Origin: Gammaproteobacteria bacterium
Lineage (GTDB): Bacteria; Pseudomonadota; Gammaproteobacteria; JABABF01
Reading direction: 5' to 3'
DNA length: 64,000 nt
Assembly (NCBI GenBank): GCA_965237805.1
Contig: OZ250153.1
Span: 1,088,001-1,152,000 of the forward strand
Shown here: one piece after another, positions 14,343-25,876 of the stretch
Numbering within the stretch: position 1 is the first letter of the stretch
How the letters are laid out: each line of letters starts with the position of its first letter
Made by a program: the position numbers and the translations under genes
Notes under the pieces: generated by a model
Databases searched by the model: none
What the model saw: only the letters and a program-made list of their open reading frames with translations
What the model was told of the DNA's origin: nothing

Positions 14343-14495
14343 ATGATTTGCATTAAAACCGACATACCTCAAGCAATATGCGATATTGACGATGAGTTAA
14401 AAGCAATTTATCACAGCAAGGATACGGTATGTATTTGGGTGTTTAAAACAAGAGAAGATCGAAATAGATTTATGGATGAAGTCATGCGAGATTGA
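14343..14495 (+). CDS. Small AT-rich hypothetical protein (50 aa, below ORF-track cutoff, possibly truncated)
   Basis: Own translation: MICIKTDIPQAICDIDDELKAIYHSKDTVCIWVFKTREDRNRFMDEVMRD, starting 6 bp after the glmS stop. Confidence 0.5.
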   Translation: MICIKTDIPQAICDIDDELKAIYHSKDTVCIWVFKTREDRNRFMDEVMRD

Positions 14496-14562
14496 TATGA
14501 TACCAAGCGGGAGCTATTGTATAATAACAAGGAATATACGAAGAAATATGACAAAATAAATT

Positions 14563-15261
14563 ATGGACAAAATTGATATAAATTTTGATGTATATTCTGA
14601 TACCCCCGAGGGAAGAGACCCAGACTCATACAGTCCCACACTCAGGAGATATCATAAAAAACTTTGGAGCAAAGCTTTGCCGAGTGGAAGGATTTTCAAC
14701 CTAAGCGACAACTCTCCAAGAGTTCTTCAGCATAAATCAGCAATAGGTTCTTGTGTTCTATCCAGTGATTCAATTAGTCACACTTATAGCAGAGTAAAAA
14801 GCATGGACCACATTGTTAAACAAGTCCCCAGAGACGAAATAAATTGCTTTTTCTCCATTTCAAGCACTATTGGTGGATATATTATTTTCCCATCAAAAAA
14901 GATTAATAAAAAAATGACAATCAATGGTTCTAGAGGAATAAATAGTAGCATTAAGGATAGATTTGACCTTACACTAGAATGTATAAGACTTTTTTATCTA
15001 GATGAAAAAAGTCCTTTAACAGATACTTTTAATAGATACACCACGTTCTTTGAGTTGTTCGAAGATTTTAGAGGATACGTTAAATTCTTTCTCTTACAGG
15101 ACCTGGTCAACGAAGATTGCTCAACAATTAAATTTGCTATTCCTTTTAAAGATTTCTCCAACCGCCCATTACCAAAAGATTTAAATGAGTATCAACTTTA
15201 CAAAAAAAACATGATCAAATTTGTTAAGTCTAGAAATCAAAGAATACTCAAAGAGGTGTAA
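14563..15261 (+). CDS. Hypothetical protein, DUF6994-like
   Basis: DTPEGRDPDSYSPTLRRYHKKLWSK and IKDRFDLTLECIRLFY resemble recalled DUF6994 members; strongly AT-rich. Confidence 0.6.
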   Translation: MDKIDINFDVYSDTPEGRDPDSYSPTLRRYHKKLWSKALPSGRIFNLSDNSPRVLQHKSAIGSCVLSSDSISHTYSRVKSMDHIVKQVPRDEINCFFSISSTIGGYIIFPSKKINKKMTINGSRGINSSIKDRFDLTLECIRLFYLDEKSPLTDTFNRYTTFFELFEDFRGYVKFFLLQDLVNEDCSTIKFAIPFKDFSNRPLPKDLNEYQLYKKNMIKFVKSRNQRILKEV

Positions 15262-15357
15262 TGCTCTCGACCTCGCAGCACTTTGTGAGCAATCACGATC
15301 ACGCTATAGAAGAAATCACACCGATCAATGAACTAGTGGCATTCATATAACTCAACG

Positions 15358-15472
15358 ATGCGACATTTTTTGCTTGGCTTCGCCTACTTGTTGGCCTATA
15401 CCACCCCTATTCAGCTGGGGCTCTTGTTATGGGTTCTATGGGCGATCCTCGCCACCGATTACACCATCCTAT
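15358..15472 (+). repeat. 115-bp diverged copy of the 5' end of the gene at 17269 (truncated copy)
   Basis: Matches 17269-17383 (GGCTTCGCCTACTTGTTGG...CACCGATTACACCATCCTAT) with few substitutions. Confidence 0.9.
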
Positions 15473-15945
15473 TCCACTATGCCACGCAAGGGCTCACCAT
15501 CGTCATCCCGGCCAGCCTCGCGTAGGCGGTGGAGCATGAACCACGCCGACTTTTGGGTAATGCCAAGCTCTTTTGACATCTGCAACGATGACACACCTTT
15601 GCGGGCTGTGGCAAGCAAATACAGGGCATAAAGCCACTTATCCAGCCCAATGTGTGAGCGCTCCATCACTGTGCCAGTGCGAACAGTAAAGACCTTGCGG
15701 CACTCGCGGCACCGCAGATATTGCGGATTCTTCTGGCGCGTAGCTTTGTGGCTACCACAATGCGGGCACTCTATGTTAGACTTCCAGCGACGCTCCTCCA
15801 AGTAATCCTGTGCCGTATCTTCAGTTGGGAACTCCTTGATGAACTCATACATGCTGATGGTATCTTTGCTCATGGCTGGCCTCATCCAACGCTCTATATA
15901 CATATCTTTCCACGCTCAGGCTGGAAAGCCAAGTATATTATTCCC
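15469..15945 (-). mobile_element. Truncated IS1595-family (ISXO2-like) element
   Basis: Zn ribbon CPHC/CREC, FTVRTGT, KGVSSLQMSKELGITQKSAWFMLHRLR; ends at LRGIVE, just before the DDE domain; possible left end GGGAATAATATACTT near 15945. Confidence 0.85.
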
Positions 15946-16043
15946 AAATTTTATCTATGATACTAATACTTGCTGCAGCACCTAAGCATTAAAACAACAG
16001 CTCTATACAAACACTTTCTGTAACGATAGAATAAGGTATTTCC

Positions 16044-16658
16044 ATGCCTCAGATAATCTACATACTTAGCAACCCCGTGATGCCGGGCCTGATAAAAATT
16101 GGTAATACAGGGGATCTTGAAAAGCGGGTCAAAGATTTGTCCAGACACACAGGAGTGCCAGTGCCCTTTGAGGTGTTTTATGCTTGTGAAGTCGAAGATG
16201 CAGACGAAGTCGAAAAACGTATTCACGACGCGTTTGATGACCTCAGAATTAATCCGAAACGAGAGTTTTTTCGGATTAACCCAGCAAGAGTGTTGTCGAT
16301 ACTGAAATTGGTAGAGCAGCGTGACGTTACGCCTGGCGATGCGATCGTTGATGATGAGGATGATCGTCGGGCTTTGGATAAAGAGCGCGGGAGGCGCTCA
16401 AGCTTTAAATTCTCTATGGTGGATATACCGCCCAAATCACAGTTAACCTTTATTCATGACCCATCAGTCGTTGCTACAGTTGTTGATGATCGAACCATTG
16501 ATTTTGAGGGTGAGCAGACATCTCTGTCCATGGCTGCCCGGATTATATTACAGAGAACTCGGGGTATCACATGGAAGCAAGTTGCGGGCCCGCAGTACTG
16601 GCAGTTTGATAATGAAACATTGATGGATCGCCGCCTTCGATACGAATTAGAAGAGTAA
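16044..16658 (+). CDS. GIY-YIG nuclease superfamily, T5orf172 domain protein
   Basis: IYILSNPVMPGLIKIG, TGVPVPFEV, RINPKREFF. Confidence 0.85.
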   Translation: MPQIIYILSNPVMPGLIKIGNTGDLEKRVKDLSRHTGVPVPFEVFYACEVEDADEVEKRIHDAFDDLRINPKREFFRINPARVLSILKLVEQRDVTPGDAIVDDEDDRRALDKERGRRSSFKFSMVDIPPKSQLTFIHDPSVVATVVDDRTIDFEGEQTSLSMAARIILQRTRGITWKQVAGPQYWQFDNETLMDRRLRYELEE

Positions 16659-16774
16659 TGACCGTGTCTTTGCAGGCAGTGCTTAGAAATGGCCAATAAA
16701 TCTGTAAAGGAAAAATAAGCTAAAAGGTGTATTTTCTATACCAACTTTAAGACCATCTAATTGTAGCAGCATTT

Positions 16775-17230
16775 ATGGATCGACCAATGAATAATTCCAA
16801 GATTCAACCATGCAAAAAAAACACCATTAGAAATTTACTTCTCTTGAATTTACTTTTAATTTTTGTTTCTCCGAATAGTTTTGCCGAATTGCTTTTATTT
16901 TCTGACGATAGCAATGAGTTTTTGGGGTGCCTTGATTGCAGCGCATATAGTTCCGACTCTATTTGTAATGAATATGGACTCCATGGAAACGAATATAGTT
17001 CCAAGTCAATATGGAATGAATATGGAACTTATGGAAGCAAGTATTCAAGTCACAGTCCATGGAATGAGTATTCTGGATCAGGTCCCAAAATAGTTGATAG
17101 AAATGGAAATTATTATGGAAGATTTTCGATCAATCAATATTCCGGGTTTAACAACTCTTCAAAATTAAATAATATCTATGAAATCTTTGACGAAGATCTG
17201 GATAAAGTAAGGAATGCTTTTTGTCATTGA
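16775..17230 (+). CDS. Hypothetical secreted protein with repeated NEY(G/S) motif
   Basis: Signal-like LLLLNLLLIFVSPNSFA; FLGCLDC; SICNEYG / SIWNEYG / SPWNEYS repeats; AT-rich. Confidence 0.7.
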   Translation: MDRPMNNSKIQPCKKNTIRNLLLLNLLLIFVSPNSFAELLLFSDDSNEFLGCLDCSAYSSDSICNEYGLHGNEYSSKSIWNEYGTYGSKYSSHSPWNEYSGSGPKIVDRNGNYYGRFSINQYSGFNNSSKLNNIYEIFDEDLDKVRNAFCH

Positions 17231-17268
17231 TCCTTATGCACGATCGAATCTGATACAGTGGGGTAGTA

Positions 17269-17574
17269 ATGCGCCCCCTCTTACTCGGCTTCGCCTACTT
17301 GTTGGTCTATACCACCCCTATTCAGCTGGGGCTCTTGTTATGGGTTCTATGGGTGATCCTCGTCACCGATTACACCATCCTATCTCTGACGGGGCATCTC
17401 TTTTTGCAGGAAAATCTGCTGTTTCTCTATGATTGGCTATATTCATGGCTTTGGAATGCCTATCTCAATTTTTGGTATGCCTTTCCGGCGGTCTTTCCCG
17501 TTGCTCTCAAGCTGGTCATTAACACATGGCTGGGCATCTGGTTGCTGAGGAGACTCAAGGAGAGCAACAGCTGA
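17269..17574 (+). CDS. Hypothetical membrane protein
   Basis: 101 aa, hydrophobic and Trp-rich; stop overlaps next ATG. Confidence 0.65.
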   Translation: MRPLLLGFAYLLVYTTPIQLGLLLWVLWVILVTDYTILSLTGHLFLQENLLFLYDWLYSWLWNAYLNFWYAFPAVFPVALKLVINTWLGIWLLRRLKESNS

Positions 17575-17984
17575 TGGAATCTCAACAAAACACCACCCTG
17601 AGCTACATCCATAAATTACTGCTCAACACCATTGTTCTGTTGCCCAGCATCTACATGCTATTCGGCTTATTTGCGGATGACAGGTGGGTTGTCCTATGGG
17701 GGTTGCTGTGGGGTCTGCCCTATCTTGCCATTGGGGGGCTCATCTTATTTGGCGGGCTCAGTTTTCATGTGTCGATCATTGTCGGACTGTATCTGTTGCA
17801 TGGCTTCTACGGCCTCTATCACGATCTGTTGTTTATCAATAGCGGCGTTTTTGCTTGGTATCCGTGCTTGTGCGCCATCTATGATTTCGGGGTGTGCCTG
17901 CTGATTTTGCTATCCTATCGTCTGTTGCAGCGGGCAATAGATTTATATGCGAGCTCCAGCCCCCTATTCGCCAAGGCTCGGTGA
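17574..17984 (+). CDS. Hypothetical membrane protein (~4 TM)
   Basis: Hydrophobic segments; HGFYGLYHD and WYPCLCAIYDFG motifs. Confidence 0.6.
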   Translation: MESQQNTTLSYIHKLLLNTIVLLPSIYMLFGLFADDRWVVLWGLLWGLPYLAIGGLILFGGLSFHVSIIVGLYLLHGFYGLYHDLLFINSGVFAWYPCLCAIYDFGVCLLILLSYRLLQRAIDLYASSSPLFAKAR

Positions 17985-17991
17985 CGGCGCG

Positions 17992-18732
17992 ATGATGCCG
18001 CTCCGCCGCCGCAACTGTCGTTCGCTTTGCGCCGCCGCGCTCGCCGCCGTCGTGCTGGTCGGGACGGGTTGCGCCTTGTTGTATCAACAGGCTAAGTTGA
18101 CGCTGGCAGAGATCGACGGCTCGATGATTCAGCGCCACTTTGTCGCCGGTGCCGAAATGCTGCGCTCGCAGGGCGGCCAAAGTGAGGTGCATGTGCATCT
18201 GCCGCGCCTGATCCAAAGCGACGCGCCAATACGCTTCACCGTGATGGTACGCAACACTGGCGACGACCCGCTGGATGTGGACATCGACCGCGCCAGCGCT
18301 ACCTTGGATGGCAGTTATCACGAGATCTACACACTGCTAGAGTGGGCACGCCGGGTGCGCGCCGAGCAGACATGGGCGGCCTTCTTTGGCACGCTCAGCG
18401 CCATCGCCTTGACGGTGGGTGGCTTCGTCCTCGAGGATGAGAGTCACCATGGCCGTCGTGGCCATAGCCACGGCTATGCGGCGCTGGGCCTCGGCTTGGC
18501 CTACTGGGATTTGGCGGAGACGGATGCCACATTGCGCAGTTTGAAGCGCGAGTGGCGCGCCGCCAGCCAGACCTTCCTGCAGCGCCACACGCTCGAGCCC
18601 GGCACATGGTATGGCGGCACGGTGGTGCTGGATCCGGCGTGGCCGATCGGCATCAAGGGCCGGATGCTAGAGTTCAGTATCTCCATCGGCGACGACGAAC
18701 ACTACTTCCCGTTGCGGGTGGGGGTGCGCTGA
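17992..18732 (+). CDS. Hypothetical lipoprotein
   Basis: Arg-rich N-terminus, hydrophobic stretch, VGTGC; host-like GC. Confidence 0.6.
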   Translation: MMPLRRRNCRSLCAAALAAVVLVGTGCALLYQQAKLTLAEIDGSMIQRHFVAGAEMLRSQGGQSEVHVHLPRLIQSDAPIRFTVMVRNTGDDPLDVDIDRASATLDGSYHEIYTLLEWARRVRAEQTWAAFFGTLSAIALTVGGFVLEDESHHGRRGHSHGYAALGLGLAYWDLAETDATLRSLKREWRAASQTFLQRHTLEPGTWYGGTVVLDPAWPIGIKGRMLEFSISIGDDEHYFPLRVGVR

Positions 18733-18760
18733 GGCTGCTACCCGCTACCCCGCTGCCCAC

Positions 18761-20461
18761 CTAAAACCCCCAGCTCTCCCGCCAAGCGGCGAATTCGGTG
18801 GGGCTGATTTTATGGCGTGCGTAATTGCCTTCATGCAAGGCGAGCAGCTCGCTTTTGACGATCTCGCTGAATTCCTTGCGTGCGGCTAAGGGTATATTGC
18901 GCATGGCCCATGATGCGATGTGCGCAGGCACTTCCTTTCTGCCGATGCGGTGGCGAACCATGTTGCCGACGAGCTCGCGAAGCGATTCGCTGTGTTGTAA
19001 GCGGAACTGATCGGGCTCGGCTGGCGCTGCCCTGACGGCAGCGTAGTCTGCGGCAGAGCGCTCATAGGCCCAGATAAACAGCTCCTTGATCAGATCGATT
19101 TTGCTCAGCTCGTAGACAGCCAGCATGGCATCGGTATAGGTGCCGCGTGGCACGTCGATGAAGGAAAGCGGCGCCAGATTCCCTTTGCTCAGCGGGATGT
19201 TGGCGGCGAGCCGAGAGCAGCGCTTGTTGACATCGTCGAAGGGCTGTAGGTAGGGGAGCTGCACCATCAGGAAGAGGGCCTGTTCGAAGGGATCGCCGAT
19301 GGCGGCCGCCTTTGCCAGTAGCTGCTCAAAGCACTCCTCTATCAGTTGCGGTATTGCGAGCGGGACAAAGACAGATTTTTTGATGTCGATCGGGATGTGG
19401 CGCAATTGGCCCGCCGCTTCGTGTGGTAGCAAGTTGTTTGCGAGGATCGCATGCAGGTTGAGCAGCGTATGGTGGTTGTAGCCGATCTCCCCGGTCGCAC
19501 CGAGCAAGAATTCAAGCGCATCCTTATGATTGAGGATCATCTGGGCTTCCAAATGATCCCGCTCCTTGGCCTCTTGGCCGAATTCGATCAAATCCCTAGC
19601 GTTGAGTCGCGAGTAGCTGTTGCCTTCAAGGCGGCTTGAGTTCCAAGACAGCTCGATCAGCAAGCGTCCAAGCTGCTGCTTCGCGTGGTTCCCCGTCGCT
19701 GGTGGGCGGTGTTGCACACGGCCAATCTTTGCCAGATGCGTGCGCTCTTCTGCCGACAGATAAAAGGTGGTGTTAGCCTGGTAGGCAGCTAGAAAGCCGC
19801 GGTCATAGCTTACTGGCTCTCGCTGCGCCAGCGGTCGGTGCAGATGATCGCGAATCGCGACACTGTTCTCAGAAAGTGGCACCGTCGCCTCGGCCTCGGT
19901 TTGCCCTCCCCCTGTCGACGTGTATGTGCTCAGTGCTTTGCGCACTGTCACAGACCGAAGCCGGCTGCTTGCCCAGTGCCCCTGCCATTTTTTGCTGAGG
20001 TGCCCGGTCTCCACCAGCAGCTGTTGGAGTCGCTGCGGGAGCTGGCGTGGCAGTTTATCGCGGACTTGGTCCCTAAGCGTCACAGCAATCTGCTGAGCTT
20101 TCACCCTGCCCGGATGGTTCCGCGTTGCGCCCTCAACGGCCTTCAATGCACTCGCTATACGCTGCTTTGCTATCGGCCATGCCTGTGCTGTGCGTAGACG
20201 CTGCTCTGCCGATTCATGCGGCAGCGGAATCAGTGTCGCACGTCCTGCCGTGGACGCACAGCTGTAGCACGTCCAGCGTCCGGTGCGCACTTTGTCGAGA
20301 CGCCCGGCCTCCACCAAGTGTTTTAGTCGGTATTGCAGGGTGCGGCGTGGCAATTCATCGCCGAGTTCTGACGCGATCTGCTGGAGGCTCACCCCATCAG
20401 GATGGCTCCGCACCGCGTCTTCAATCGCTTGTAATGCCGCTTCAGAAATGCGCCGCGCCAT
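18761..20461 (-). CDS. Fic-family protein with tandem N-terminal wHTH and non-canonical Fic motif
   Basis: LIELSWNSSRLEGNSY, MILNHKDA, YLQPFDDVNKRCSRL, LHEGNYARHKI. Confidence 0.85.
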   Translation of the reverse strand: MARRISEAALQAIEDAVRSHPDGVSLQQIASELGDELPRRTLQYRLKHLVEAGRLDKVRTGRWTCYSCASTAGRATLIPLPHESAEQRLRTAQAWPIAKQRIASALKAVEGATRNHPGRVKAQQIAVTLRDQVRDKLPRQLPQRLQQLLVETGHLSKKWQGHWASSRLRSVTVRKALSTYTSTGGGQTEAEATVPLSENSVAIRDHLHRPLAQREPVSYDRGFLAAYQANTTFYLSAEERTHLAKIGRVQHRPPATGNHAKQQLGRLLIELSWNSSRLEGNSYSRLNARDLIEFGQEAKERDHLEAQMILNHKDALEFLLGATGEIGYNHHTLLNLHAILANNLLPHEAAGQLRHIPIDIKKSVFVPLAIPQLIEECFEQLLAKAAAIGDPFEQALFLMVQLPYLQPFDDVNKRCSRLAANIPLSKGNLAPLSFIDVPRGTYTDAMLAVYELSKIDLIKELFIWAYERSAADYAAVRAAPAEPDQFRLQHSESLRELVGNMVRHRIGRKEVPAHIASWAMRNIPLAARKEFSEIVKSELLALHEGNYARHKISPTEFAAWRESWGF

Positions 20462-20776
20462 TTCAATCCCCTTGTTGCGCGTAGACCGTATGCGTCATTA
20501 AAACACATTTTCACGCAACATGCAAGTTCACGCGCCATTGACATTGCGCATATATGGGATCGTTGTACAAACAGTGTGGCAGCGTAACCGCTGCCGCTCC
20601 ATCACCCAGTGAAGACCATCACATAAGCTGCGATGCTGGTATTTCAGCAAGCTGCCACGCCAGCCACCACCAATTACTGCGCATATCCGTTACGCGCAAT
20701 AAAAACGACCGCCCAGCATGGCCCCGAGTGATTGCGCCTGCCCTTGGGCGGCAGCCTCAAAGGCACCCACGCGCAA

Positions 20777-21415
20777 CTATTGCTTCTGGTTGCGCCGCCG
20801 CCCCCACCACGCCCACAGATACAGGCAGGCGGTGCTGCGGTGGGGCGACCAAGAGCGTATCAGCTCCGCTGCTGGGCCGCCGTCGGCACCCTGTGGCAAA
20901 ATGCCGTACAACTCCCGTATCGCGCCGTACAGGGCGGCATCGCCGTGCGCGAAGACATCTGGGTGGCGGCGGTGGAACAGCAGGAAGCTGTACGCCGACC
21001 ACGGCCCGAAGCCGCGCAGCGCAATCAAGGTCGCCATTGTCTTCTCGGCTGGCATCTCGGCGAGGCGGCGCAGAAAGCCGCGCTGCTCTCGGCAACGCTG
21101 GGCGACGCCGAGCAGTGCGCGCGACTTGGCACCAGATAGCCCGCAGCCGCGCAGACCCACCTCACCCAGTTTCAGCACCCGCGCGGCGCTGAGCGGTCGC
21201 CCGGCGGCGGCGCGTAGCCGCTCCAGCACGGTGTCGGCTGCATTGGGGTTCAACTGCTGGCTGGTGATGATGTCGGCGAAGGCATCAAAATTCACCTGCT
21301 TGTCCGGCAAGCGCACAGTGCCGATCTCCGCCACCACTCGCGCCAGCACCGGATCGACGCGGCGGAAATGGTGCCGCGCCGCACGTAGCCGAGCCTGCTG
21401 ATTTTCCGTCGTCAC
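20777..21415 (-). CDS. alkA: DNA-3-methyladenine glycosylase II (AlkA/HhH-GPD family)
   Basis: ITSQQLN, LRGCGLSGAK, LRGFGPWSA, WSPHRSTACLYLW. Confidence 0.85.
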   Translation of the reverse strand: MTTENQQARLRAARHHFRRVDPVLARVVAEIGTVRLPDKQVNFDAFADIITSQQLNPNAADTVLERLRAAAGRPLSAARVLKLGEVGLRGCGLSGAKSRALLGVAQRCREQRGFLRRLAEMPAEKTMATLIALRGFGPWSAYSFLLFHRRHPDVFAHGDAALYGAIRELYGILPQGADGGPAAELIRSWSPHRSTACLYLWAWWGRRRNQKQ

Positions 21416-21590
21416 TTCGCCATCTCCGCCAATGGCACCCCGCGCCTGCAGCTCAGCTCGGTCGGGTTGCGTTTGGCTCCAGTGTAGCCGTCGTATTCAG
21501 ACTTTGGGCACGGGCGCTAAAATGTTCTGTTTAGCGCTGGATGCAGGCGCGCCGAGTATTCGGTGAGTCGCTTCGGCCATGCCCTAGCCG

Positions 21591-23924
<2,334 letters not shown>

Positions 23925-23977
23925 CGACACAGTGGGGCTGCGCCCCGGATGGCCAAGCGGGGCGCGGGATCGGGACA

Positions 23978-25153
23978 ATGCGGCATGGCACAGATTCCTT
24001 GTTGAACACAGTGGCTGGCTGCGTGCTGGCACGTACACCACTGTGCTTGGCAGTGGTGATGGCCGCCTGCTTGCTCGCCGCTTGCGGCGGGGCGGAGCAG
24101 GGTGATGCCGCTGGCGGCGCAGCTGCGCCCGAGCGCATCCACAACTGGAAGATGGTGACTTCGTGGCCGAAGAACTTCCCCGGTTTGGGTACCGGTGCCG
24201 AACGCTTCGCCCAGAGCCTTGAGGCGATGAGCGGCGGTCGCCTGCGGGTGCGGGTCTACAGCGCGGGCGAGTTGGTGCCGGCGCTGGAAGTCTTTGATGC
24301 GGTCTCGCAGGGCACGGTCCAGTTAGGCCACAGCGCCGCCTATTACTGGAAGGGCAAGCTGCCAGCGGCGCAGTTTTTCACGGCGGTGCCCTTTGGCCTT
24401 ACTGCCCAAGAGATCAACGGCTGGCTACACCACGGCGGCGGTTTGGCGCTGTACCGCGAGCTCTACGAGCCCTTTGATATCCTGCCGTTGGCGGTCGGCA
24501 ACACCGGCGTGCAGATGGCGGGCTGGTTCAACCGCGAGCTCGTCGATGCCGACAGCCTGCGTGGGCTCAAGATGCGCCTGCCCGGCCTCGGTGGCGAGGT
24601 GTGGCGGCGCGTTGGCGGTACGGCGGTGACCCTGCCCGGCTCGGAGATCTACACCGCGATGAGAACCGGCGTCATCGACGCCACCGAGTGGGTGGGTCCC
24701 TATAACGACATGGCGCTGGGCCTGCACGAAGTGGCGCGCTACTACTACTACCCCGGCTGGCACGAGCCCGGCAGCTCGATGGAGTTGAGCATCAATACCG
24801 ACGCTTGGGCCGAACTTCCGCCGGACTTGCAGGCCATTGTCGAGGCAGCTGCGCGGGTGGCGAATCAAGACATGCTGGACGAATACACGGTGCGCAACGC
24901 CGCCTCTCTGCGCGAGCTGCGCGAGCGGCATGGTATCGAGCCAACGCCGCTGCCGCGCTCAGTGCTACGAGCCTTGTGGCACGCCTCGGTCGAGGTGGTG
25001 GCAGAGCTGGCGCGCTCCGACCCCAAGGCCGAGCGCATCTACCGGCACTGGAAGCGCTACGCCGACGATGTCTATGACTACCATCGTCTGAGCGAGCAGG
25101 CCTATCTGGAGGCGCGTGAGGTGGCGCGCGACGAGAACGCTAGCGTGCGCTAG
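23978..25153 (+). CDS. TRAP transporter substrate-binding protein (DctP/TakP type)
   Basis: WKMVTSWPKNFPGLG, HSAAYYWKGK, QMAGWFNRE, DATEWVGPYND; LAAC lipobox. Confidence 0.92.
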   Translation: MRHGTDSLLNTVAGCVLARTPLCLAVVMAACLLAACGGAEQGDAAGGAAAPERIHNWKMVTSWPKNFPGLGTGAERFAQSLEAMSGGRLRVRVYSAGELVPALEVFDAVSQGTVQLGHSAAYYWKGKLPAAQFFTAVPFGLTAQEINGWLHHGGGLALYRELYEPFDILPLAVGNTGVQMAGWFNRELVDADSLRGLKMRLPGLGGEVWRRVGGTAVTLPGSEIYTAMRTGVIDATEWVGPYNDMALGLHEVARYYYYPGWHEPGSSMELSINTDAWAELPPDLQAIVEAAARVANQDMLDEYTVRNAASLRELRERHGIEPTPLPRSVLRALWHASVEVVAELARSDPKAERIYRHWKRYADDVYDYHRLSEQAYLEAREVARDENASVR

Positions 25154-25599
25154 TCCTCATCTTCGCCCAGCGCTGTTTTGTTCAAGTGCTCCGGCACGAG
25201 CCGTGGTTCGCCAGCGTCATCGACGGCGAAATAGGTGAGCACACTCTCGGTGACCTTGTTGCGCTCTGTGTTCGGTGTTTGTTGCCAGACCTCGACGGCG
25301 ATGCTCATATCGCTGTCCTCGGCCTCCAGCAGGGCCGAGTAGATGCTGACCATCGCATCGGCTGCGACGGGCGCGAGAAAAGACATTTCGCTGATGGCTG
25401 CCATGACCACCTCGCCGCCAGAGAGCTGCCGTGCGGCCATGCTCGCCGCCGTCTCGATCTCGCTCAACAGCCAGCCGCCGTAAACATCGCCCGAAGGCCC
25501 GACATCGGCCGGGGTGGGGGCGACGGTTGTCAACAGGGTGCCATCAGGCCCCGGATCCTCGTGCAGTTGGATGATGTTGCCGCCGCTGTTGTCGGCCAT
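25150..25599 (-). CDS. Acyl-CoA thioesterase (hotdog fold, YciA-like)
   Basis: PADVGPSGDVYGGWLLS, MSFLAPV, KVTESVLTYFAVDDAGEPR. Confidence 0.8.
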   Translation of the reverse strand: MADNSGGNIIQLHEDPGPDGTLLTTVAPTPADVGPSGDVYGGWLLSEIETAASMAARQLSGGEVVMAAISEMSFLAPVAADAMVSIYSALLEAEDSDMSIAVEVWQQTPNTERNKVTESVLTYFAVDDAGEPRLVPEHLNKTALGEDED

Positions 25600-25641
25600 G
25601 TTTTGCCTCTCGCTATGGGCTGACGCAGGGGGGAGGGTGTG

Positions 25642-25744
25642 CTAACGCAGAGCCGCAGGCAAAGCAGTTGCCAGTTGCGGCCATATCGCGAGCAGACTCA
25701 GTAGCGTCAATTGGATGATGATAAAGAGTATCACGCCCCGATAG
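25642..25744 (-). repeat. 103-bp diverged duplicate of the dctM 3' end
   Basis: Encodes YRGVILFIIIQLTLLSLLAIWPQLATALPAALR* versus dctM YRGVIPFIIIQLTLLALLAIWPQLVTALPAALR* (28275-28377). Confidence 0.92.
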
Positions 25745-25876
25745 GTCACATTATATTGTAGAGCAAGAGGGTTTGTGTGTGCCTGTATTTAGAAGAGATA
25801 GACAGCGATGTCTAGGGAACGGTTAGATCACAGCCTGAGTACCGACGGACCGTCAGTTTGGTTCAACTGGTTTGTT

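Noticed and set aside
14336-17984. Integron cassette array
   Set aside because: No intI and no recurring attC-type GTTRRRY/RYYYAAC palindromes seen between the genes
14336-18000. Intact Tn7 or CAST at glmS
   Set aside because: No tnsA/B/C/D, tniQ or cas genes, and no recognisable Tn7 ends
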